A DNA stretch of 45,212 bases from Christensenellaceae bacterium (lineage in GTDB: Bacteria > Bacillota > Clostridia > Christensenellales > Borkfalkiaceae). The notes beneath the pieces are model-generated. The model made no database searches, was not told where the DNA came from, and worked only from the letters and a program-made list of their open reading frames with translations. The translations under genes were made by a program, and so were the position numbers. Of the stretch, positions 1 through 5,711 are shown in pieces (position 1 is the stretch's first letter; the number at the start of each line of letters is the position of its first letter). The DNA lies in NCBI GenBank assembly GCA_045133775.1, contig JBGUUU010000031.1, positions 1 through 45,212 on the forward strand, read 5' to 3'.

Positions 1-1
1 G

Positions 2-172
2 CGTATCAACCGTGAAATCCGTAGGCTAATTCCAAAAGGTACAGACATAGGAATATATTCCGAAAACGATATTCAAGCGGTTGAAGACTGGATAAACACT
101 TATCCTCGAAAGGTTTTAAACTATTATAGTTCAAATGAAATTTTTGAACGTGAATTACGTAATATAGCCTAA
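2..172 (+). mobile_element. IS30-family transposase, C-terminal fragment (5' part lies outside the window)
   Basis: Frame 2 is open from the window edge to TAA at 170-172. The translation RINREIRRLIPKGTDIGIYSENDIQAVEDWINTYPRKVLNYYSSNEIFERELRNIA shows the ...IPKGTD...EDWINxYPRK...NE(I/M)F block I recognise from Firmicute IS30-family transposase C-termini. It is absent from the ORF track because it has no start codon in the window. Confidence 0.6.
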
Positions 173-258
173 TGAGTTAAACAAAATATTATTGACAAGT
201 TGTAAGACTTGTCTATTTTGCTTTACAGTAAAAGTAAAATTTTAAATTTTTACATAGA

Positions 259-286
259 AAAAGCCGTCAAATTTGACAGCTTTTTT
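259..286 (+). terminator. Rho-independent terminator downstream of the transposase fragment
   Basis: Hairpin GCCGTCAAA/TTTGACAGC (one mismatch) followed by TTTTTT at 281-286. Confidence 0.5.
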
Positions 287-352
287 CTATTCTATAAATT
301 TCTAAAAATTTTTTTAACTTTTTCGCATTTACTCTTGACATTTACAAAAATA

Positions 353-384
353 TTTTAAAATAAAAAAGCGGGTAGAAACCCGCT
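353..384 (-). terminator. Rho-independent terminator of the 49-aa small ORF
   Basis: The minus strand reads AGCGGGT-ttct-ACCCGCT followed by TTTTTTATTTT, 7 nt after the small ORF stop. Confidence 0.6.
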
Positions 385-390
385 CAAATT

Positions 391-540
391 TTAAATTGGA
401 GTTGTATTACAAGTGCTATGGCAACAAGTATTTGTAGTGGTTGCCAAAGCGAGCAAAAGCAATAGTTGAGTTAGTGAAATAGAACCACTCGAATAAAGTA
501 AAAATAATAAACCTAATAAAACAATATTATCGTTAAACAT
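391..540 (-). CDS. Unannotated small ORF (49 aa): hydrophobic N-terminal part plus Cys/Thr-rich tail
   Basis: ATG at 540-538 is preceded by GGAGATTTT (good SD spacing); stop TAA at 393-391; own terminator follows. Translation: MFNDNIVLLGLLFLLYSSGSISLTQLLLLLALATTTNTCCHSTCNTTPI. It falls below the ORF-track length cutoff. Confidence 0.4.
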   Translation of the reverse strand: MFNDNIVLLGLLFLLYSSGSISLTQLLLLLALATTTNTCCHSTCNTTPI

Positions 541-610
541 AAAATCTCCAAAAGGCTACAAAACCTAATCTAAAAATACTTTATGCGACAAAATCTTCTA
601 TTATGCAAAA

Positions 611-639
611 TTGACAAAAAGGTAAATAGATTTTAAAAT
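611..639 (+). promoter_or_regulatory. Sigma-A-type promoter of the ArsR gene; probably gives a leaderless mRNA
   Basis: TTGACA (611-616), 17-nt spacer, TAAAAT (634-639). The ATG at 646 lies only 6 nt after the -10 and has no SD. Confidence 0.45.
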
Positions 640-645
640 ATAGGT

Positions 646-987
646 ATGAGTAACGCGTATTTAAAATTAAATGATAAAACAGGAGCAATGGTAGAAAACT
701 ACGTGCCAGACGGCGAGCTACTTGATGAGCTTACAGGTATATTTTCGGTTTTTGCAGATAAGACAAGGCTTAGAATTTTGTCATCTTTAACAATAACCGA
801 TATGTGTGTTAGCGATATATCTTCGGTTTTAAAAATAAATCAAACCACCGTATCACATCAACTAAGGCTACTAAGAAACCTAGGGGCAGTAAACTGTTAT
901 AGGTGTGGTAAAATCGTTTACTATTCGTTAAAAGACGAACTTCTTGGAGAAATATTATTAAAGGGTATAGAATTTTTAAGCAAATAA
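646..987 (+). CDS. ArsR/SmtB-family metalloregulatory transcriptional repressor
   Basis: Winged-HTH signature: ...FADKTRLRILSSLTITDMCVSDISSVLKINQTTVSHQLRLLRNLGAV...YYSL. Confidence 0.85.
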   Translation: MSNAYLKLNDKTGAMVENYVPDGELLDELTGIFSVFADKTRLRILSSLTITDMCVSDISSVLKINQTTVSHQLRLLRNLGAVNCYRCGKIVYYSLKDELLGEILLKGIEFLSK

Positions 988-1106
988 AGGCTTATATGCT
1001 GCGGTATGCGTCGTTACTGCAAATTGTCCTTGACTGGTATGACCACAGAGGTCTATCCCATCCAATGCCAATTTGCGAGCCTAGCCTACCTTGCATCTAA
1101 GCCTTT
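986..1106 (+). repeat. Structured 121-nt interspersed repeat, copy A (MITE-like: TIR AAGGCTTATATGC...GCATCTAAGCCTT, TA flanks)
   Basis: Shares termini, a central bulged hairpin (ATAGACC-N5-GGTCAT) and overall length with the copies at 8058, 12665 and 17603. Its first A completes the arsR TAA stop (985-987). Confidence 0.7.
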
Positions 1107-1142
1107 ATTGTATATAATGATAGGTATTCATTGTAACAGAGC

Positions 1143-1179
1143 ATAATAAAAGCGCCGTTGCGAAACTTCGCAACGGCGC
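1143..1179 (-). terminator. Terminator of fba
   Basis: Hairpin GCGCCGTTGCG/CGCAACGGCGC followed by TTTTATTAT on the minus strand. Confidence 0.7.
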
Positions 1180-1197
1180 GTATTTATTATATAATGA

Positions 1198-2145
1198 TTA
1201 TCTACATTCGTCAGCCTTGCCAGCGCAACCTAAAACGTTAACGAGTTTGTGTTCAACGATTTGTTGTACGCTTGCTCTAGCATCGCCAAGATATTGTCTT
1301 GGGTCGAAGTGGTCTGGATGCTCAACGAAGTGTTTTCTAACAGCAGAAGTACAAGCCATTCTAAGGTCAGAGTCAATGTTGATTTTACATACAGCCATAG
1401 TTGCTGCTTGACGGAGCATTTCTTCTGGAATACCGATAGCGTCTGGCATTTTGCCACCGTATTGGTTAACGAGTCTTACGAATTCTTGTGGAACTGAAGA
1501 TGCGCCGTGTAAAACGATTGGGAAACCAGGAAGACGTTTGCCAACTTCTTCTAAGATATCAAATCTAAGTTGTGGCTTTTGACCAGGCTTAAACTTGTAT
1601 GCACCGTGAGAAGTTCCGATAGCGATAGCGAGTGAGTCGATACCAGTCTTAGTAGCGAATTCGTAAACTTCGTCTGGGTCGGTAAACATAGCGTCTTCGC
1701 TATCAACGTTTACGTCGTCTTCAATACCTGCAAGCTTACCGAGTTCAGCTTCTACAGTTACGTTTCTGTCGTGTGCGTATTTAACAACTTCACGAGTGAT
1801 TTCCATATTTTTAGCAAGGTCGTATTTAGAAGCGTCAATCATTACAGAAGTGAAGCCACCGTCGATACAGCTCTTGCAAAGTTCAAAACTATCACCGTGG
1901 TCAAGGTGTAATACGATAGGAAGACCTGTGTCTTCTTCAGCAGCTTGAACGAGGTGTTTAAGGTAAAGTGGGTTAGCGTATTTTCTAGCACCTGAAGATA
2001 CTTGAAGAATAAGTGGAGCGTTTTGCTTAACGCCTGCGTTTACGATACCTTGAATTGTTTCCATGTTGTTTACGTTGAAAGCGCCTATTGCGTAACCGCC
2101 CTTATAAGCCATTTCAAACATTTTTTTGGAATTAACTATTGGCAT
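1198..2145 (-). CDS. fba: Class II fructose-1,6-bisphosphate aldolase
   Basis: 315 aa. N-terminal ...GYAIGAFNVNNMETIQGI... and HLDHG zinc-ligand motif. SD GGAGGA upstream. Confidence 0.93.
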   Translation of the reverse strand: MPIVNSKKMFEMAYKGGYAIGAFNVNNMETIQGIVNAGVKQNAPLILQVSSGARKYANPLYLKHLVQAAEEDTGLPIVLHLDHGDSFELCKSCIDGGFTSVMIDASKYDLAKNMEITREVVKYAHDRNVTVEAELGKLAGIEDDVNVDSEDAMFTDPDEVYEFATKTGIDSLAIAIGTSHGAYKFKPGQKPQLRFDILEEVGKRLPGFPIVLHGASSVPQEFVRLVNQYGGKMPDAIGIPEEMLRQAATMAVCKINIDSDLRMACTSAVRKHFVEHPDHFDPRQYLGDARASVQQIVEHKLVNVLGCAGKADECR

Positions 2146-2224
2146 AATGTCCTCCGAAAGTTTTTATTATGGCTATATTATACACTATTTTTTTAATAAC
2201 TGCAAATAAAAATAAATATTATAC

Positions 2225-2253
2225 TTGACAAATTAATGAAATTTTATTAAAAT
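2225..2253 (+). promoter_or_regulatory. Sigma-A-type promoter of the TM1266-like/ABC operon
   Basis: TTGACA (2225-2230), 17-nt spacer, TAAAAT (2248-2253). Confidence 0.55.
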
Positions 2254-2406
2254 AAAATTACTGAATCGATGATTTGTTCGGAGAGGAAGCGCAGAGTAAA
2301 TAAGTAAACCTGTTTTGGGGATTTTATTCTTAAAATGGCTTTATCAAAAAACGTATCTTTTTGCGCATACTCTTTTTGTATGCGCATTATTTTTTTAGGA
2401 GAAATT
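2254..2406 (+). promoter_or_regulatory. About 145-nt 5' leader with an intrinsic terminator (2362-2396): candidate attenuator or riboswitch of unknown class
   Basis: Hairpin TGCGCATAC-tcttttt-GTATGCGCA followed by TTATTTTTTT, which ends directly at the SD AGGAGA of the first gene. Confidence 0.45.
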
Positions 2407-2655
2407 ATGAGAATAGCAGTTATAGGAATAGTAATTGAAAAAGACAGAACGGCTTCTTCAAAAGTTAACGAAATTTTGTCGTGCTACGGCGATTATATCG
2501 TAGGTCGTATGGGCGTGCCTGATAAAGAAAAGGACGTATACGTTATAAGCATAATCGTAAAGGCTACGACGGAAATTATTTCTGCAATGACGGGCAAACT
2601 CGGCAGAATAGAAAACGTAACCGTAAAATCTGCGGTGACAAATGTTGAAGTATAA
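2407..2655 (+). CDS. TM1266-family small ACT-like putative regulator (annotated elsewhere as iron-only hydrogenase system regulator family)
   Basis: I place the start at ATG 2407 (SD AGGAGAAATT) rather than the track start 2335. The product MRIAVIGIVIEKDRTASSKVNEILSCYGDYIVGRMGVPDKEKDVYVISIIVKATTEIISAMTGKLGRIENVTVK follows the TM1266 pattern (VNEhL...R.G.P...GKLG.I.GV.VK). Confidence 0.55.
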   Translation: MRIAVIGIVIEKDRTASSKVNEILSCYGDYIVGRMGVPDKEKDVYVISIIVKATTEIISAMTGKLGRIENVTVKSAVTNVEV

Positions 2656-2666
2656 GGAGACATATT

Positions 2667-3674
2667 ATGAAAAAATTTTTAGCACTTTTATTAGCATTAG
2701 TTACTTTATTTTCATTGACAGGCTGTGATTTGTTTACTGATGAAACTGTAGAGCAAGGCGAACTTACTTTTTATGCTCCAGACGGCGCACCAGCCCTTTC
2801 AATAGCAAAGTTTATAAGCGATGGTGAAGATTTCGGCACAGGCGCAAATATAAGCTACAACGTAGTATCTGCAGGCGATATAGGTGGCGTTATGGCGCAA
2901 GGTAAAGGCGATTTTATCGTTATGCCTGTTAACGCTGCAAGCAAGATGTATAAGGCAAACTCTAAAGATCCATACGTTATGGCAGGCGTTGTAACGCACG
3001 GCAATTTATATATTATAAGTAGCGAAGAGATAACCTTACAAAGCCTTAAGGGGAAGGTTATAGGCGTTATAGGACAAGGGCTTGTTCCTGACCTTACGCT
3101 TAAAGCAATTTTAAAGGATAACGGTCTTTTAGAAGACGTTGTTACGGGCGATACTCCAACTGAAGGAAAGATTACTATTCGTTATTTTGCTGAGGCTCCG
3201 GATATGCTCCCGCTTTTAAAGCAAGGAAAAGTTACAATCGGTCTTCTCCCAGAGCCTGCCGCAACAAACCTTACGACAAAGGTTGCTCCAGAAAAAACTT
3301 GGTATAGGCTTGACGTTCAAGAGCTTTACGATGCAGAAACCAAAGCATATCCACAAGCAGTTTTAATGGTAAAAAAGAGTGTTTATGATAAATATAAGGC
3401 TCAAATAAATGGTTTTGCAGAGTATTTTGATGCAAATTTAACTTGGATTAAGCAAAATCCTGCCGATGCTGTTGAAGCTATAAAGAGCGCTTTGCCAGAA
3501 GGTGTAATTCCAAGCTTAAACGCAGGAATACTTAGCGCAACTGTTATTGATAACTGTAAAATTTATTATCAGTCTTCGGCTGATGCAAAACAACAAGTAA
3601 AGGATTATATAAACAAAATAATCGCTGTAAACGATAAAGCTGCAACGGCTATGTCAGATGATTTTTTTGCTTAA
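2667..3674 (+). CDS. ABC transporter substrate-binding lipoprotein (NMT1/THI5-like, NitT/TauT type)
   Basis: Lipobox LFSLTGC; size and neighbourhood with a NitT/TauT-type permease and ATPase; SD GGAGA. Confidence 0.65.
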   Translation: MKKFLALLLALVTLFSLTGCDLFTDETVEQGELTFYAPDGAPALSIAKFISDGEDFGTGANISYNVVSAGDIGGVMAQGKGDFIVMPVNAASKMYKANSKDPYVMAGVVTHGNLYIISSEEITLQSLKGKVIGVIGQGLVPDLTLKAILKDNGLLEDVVTGDTPTEGKITIRYFAEAPDMLPLLKQGKVTIGLLPEPAATNLTTKVAPEKTWYRLDVQELYDAETKAYPQAVLMVKKSVYDKYKAQINGFAEYFDANLTWIKQNPADAVEAIKSALPEGVIPSLNAGILSATVIDNCKIYYQSSADAKQQVKDYINKIIAVNDKAATAMSDDFFA

Positions 3675-3682
3675 GATAATAG

Positions 3683-4441
3683 ATGAAAGAAAAGAAAGAT
3701 AAAATTATAAACTTAATACTTGCCATAATTCCACTTGTATGCATATTACTTGTTTGGCAAATTGAAGCAAAAAAGATAGACAACGAGTTTATATTGACAG
3801 ACGTTGGCGCAACCTTTAAGGCTCTTTTAGAATTGCTTAAAGAAAAGGCTTTTTATAAGTCGTTAGGCGATACTATAGCGCGCACGCTAATCGCTTTTGG
3901 CGTGTCGTTTGTAGTGGCATCTGCGCTTGCGTTTTTGTCAAGAATAAGCAAAAGGGCAGACGTTATGATATCGCCTATTATAAGCGTTATAAGGTCGTTG
4001 CCTACAATTGCCGTTGTCGTGTTACTTTTGCTTTGGACAAACTCTAAGATTGCTCCTATTATTGTAACGATGTTAGTTGTTTTGCCTACGACCTATAGTA
4101 GTATGCGAGATGCGTTTTTTACGGTAGACGACGAGATTGTTACAGTTTTAAAGCTTTATAACGTGCCAATGCGTGAGCTTTTGTTTAAGGTCTATATTCC
4201 ACAGGTTTTACCCCCAACGCTACTTGCAATTGGGGGCGGAATAGCCCTTAACTTAAAGCTTATGGTTGCGGCAGAAGTTATTGCGCAAACTGCTAATTCG
4301 CTTGGTAATCTTTTAAACGAAGCAAAGCACTACTACGAAATTGCTAGTATGATTGCAGTAGTAGTTGTTTCCGTCGTGGTTGGATTAGTGGTTGAATCTG
4401 CATTTAGATTTGCATCTAAAAAGGTAGGTAAATGGCAATGA
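3683..4441 (+). CDS. ABC transporter permease (NitT/TauT type)
   Basis: 252 aa polytopic membrane protein directly following the binding protein. Confidence 0.75.
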   Translation: MKEKKDKIINLILAIIPLVCILLVWQIEAKKIDNEFILTDVGATFKALLELLKEKAFYKSLGDTIARTLIAFGVSFVVASALAFLSRISKRADVMISPIISVIRSLPTIAVVVLLLLWTNSKIAPIIVTMLVVLPTTYSSMRDAFFTVDDEIVTVLKLYNVPMRELLFKVYIPQVLPPTLLAIGGGIALNLKLMVAAEVIAQTANSLGNLLNEAKHYYEIASMIAVVVVSVVVGLVVESAFRFASKKVGKWQ

Positions 4442-5106
4442 TTAAAATTAAAAATTTAACTAAGCGCTATGGCGAAAAGGTTGTTTACGACAATTTTAGT
4501 ATTGATATCGAAAAAAATAAAACCCTTGTAATTTTAGGCGAGAGTGGGTCTGGTAAAACGACGCTTTTAAACGTTTTGGCAAACTTAACCGATTATGAAG
4601 GTCAAATCGAAGGTTTAGACGGCTCGGTTGCAATGGTTTTCCAAAAGGATTATTTAGTGCCAAATCTTACCGTAGAGCAAAATTTAAAGCTTGTTTGCAA
4701 AGATAAAGACGTCTTAACTGTTTTGCGAGCGGTAGAAATGGAAGATTGCGCAAAGCAATATCCAAAGAGCTTATCTGCGGGAATGTCGAGAAGAATAGCT
4801 ATTGTAAGGGCATTACTGTATAGCTCTAACCTTATTGTTATGGATGAGCCTACGAACTCATTGGACGTGGGGCTAAAAAATAAAATTTATAACATACTTA
4901 AACAACTAAAAAAAGAAATGGAAAAAACTATAATCGTTGTAACACACGATATAGATGAAGCACTTTCTCTTGCAGATAGGGTTATAGTTGTTAAAGGTGG
5001 CGGTGTTGAATACGAGTATTCGTTCAAAAGTTCTATCTACGATAGAGATATAACTAGCGAAGAATGTAATTTAGTAAGAAAAGAATTGCTCGATAGACTT
5101 CTTTAA
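4432..5106 (+). CDS. ABC transporter ATP-binding protein
   Basis: Walker A GESGSGKTT, signature LSAGMSRR, Walker B LIVMDEP. Overlaps the permease stop. Confidence 0.85.
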   Translation: MAMIKIKNLTKRYGEKVVYDNFSIDIEKNKTLVILGESGSGKTTLLNVLANLTDYEGQIEGLDGSVAMVFQKDYLVPNLTVEQNLKLVCKDKDVLTVLRAVEMEDCAKQYPKSLSAGMSRRIAIVRALLYSSNLIVMDEPTNSLDVGLKNKIYNILKQLKKEMEKTIIVVTHDIDEALSLADRVIVVKGGGVEYEYSFKSSIYDRDITSEECNLVRKELLDRLL

Positions 5107-5219
5107 TTTGTTATAAAAAGGTTAAAACTGGTCAAAAATATAGGCGAGTGAAACTTAAAGCTAAAAAAATACATATATTATAGCGAAGGGTTTTGCCGAA
5201 TATATTGGGAGATTGGTTT

Positions 5220-5573
5220 ATGATAAAGCGTGGAGAATTGTATTACGCAGACCTAAGCCCCGTAGTCGGTAGTGAACAAGGTGGCGTGAGACCTGTTCTT
5301 GTTGTTCAAAACGACGTTGGCAACAGATATAGCCCAACGGTTATAGCTGCTGCTATAACTAGCCAAATAAACAAGGCAAAACTACCCACACACATTGAAC
5401 TTAGTGCTGTAGATTACGGGCTTAGTAAAGATTCTGTCGTATTATTAGAGCAGATTAGAACTTTAGATAAAAAAAGGCTAAAAGAAAGAATTGGTGAATT
5501 GCCAACGTCGACAATGGAACGAGTGAACACAGCTCTTTTGATTAGCCTTGGCTTTTTAGAGAAAAACGCATAA
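5220..5573 (+). CDS. mazF: MazF/PemK/EndoA-type mRNA interferase toxin
   Basis: I place the start at ATG 5220 (SD GGGAGA). The product [49 protein letters not shown]...KLPTHIEL is near-canonical EndoA/MazF. Confidence 0.85.
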   Translation: MIKRGELYYADLSPVVGSEQGGVRPVLVVQNDVGNRYSPTVIAAAITSQINKAKLPTHIELSAVDYGLSKDSVVLLEQIRTLDKKRLKERIGELPTSTMERVNTALLISLGFLEKNA

Positions 5574-5575
5574 TT

Positions 5576-5615
5576 AAGGCTTTTGTCATATTTTTGGCAA
5601 AAGCCTTTTAATTTG
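5576..5615 (+). terminator. Terminator after mazF
   Basis: Hairpin AAGGCTTTTG...CAAAAGCCTT followed by TTAATTT. Confidence 0.6.
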
Positions 5616-5658
5616 TATCATACTTTTTGGTAAGTTTTGTTAAATTTATAAAATTCAC

Positions 5659-5687
5659 TTTACATTTTTTATAAAAAATGGTAAACT
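5659..5687 (+). promoter_or_regulatory. nadE promoter with an embedded 18-bp perfect palindrome (candidate operator)
   Basis: TTTACA (5659-5664), 17-nt spacer, TG-n-TAAACT (5682-5687). The spacer is the perfect palindrome CATTTTTTATAAAAAATG (5663-5680). Confidence 0.45.
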
Positions 5688-5711
5688 AAAGAAAAATCAA
5701 AGGAGTGAATT

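Noticed and set aside
2-1106. The IS30-family element as the autonomous parent of the 121-nt repeats
   Set aside because: The repeats have TA flanks and short AAGGCTTA... termini. I cannot see a matching inverted repeat downstream of the transposase stop (173-260). No link can be supported from this window.
2254-2361. Assigning the ABC-operon leader to a known riboswitch class (TPP, guanidine-I/II/III, preQ1, THF, fluoride)
   Set aside because: None of the class-defining conserved nucleotides (for example CUGAGA for TPP, or ACGR loops for mini-ykkC) could be found by eye. I left it as unclassified.
2335-2406. N-terminal extension of the TM1266-like ORF (track start at 2335)
   Set aside because: The extension would be translated through an intrinsic terminator hairpin and lacks an SD. 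ATG 2407 has AGGAGA at ideal spacing and gives the family-typical length.
5193-5219. Upstream alternative start for mazF, and a possible antitoxin ORF in 5107-5219
   Set aside because: The track start is a non-ATG codon without an SD. The region contains no ATG, and its only alternative-start ORF is 11 codons, so no MazE-like gene can be encoded there.
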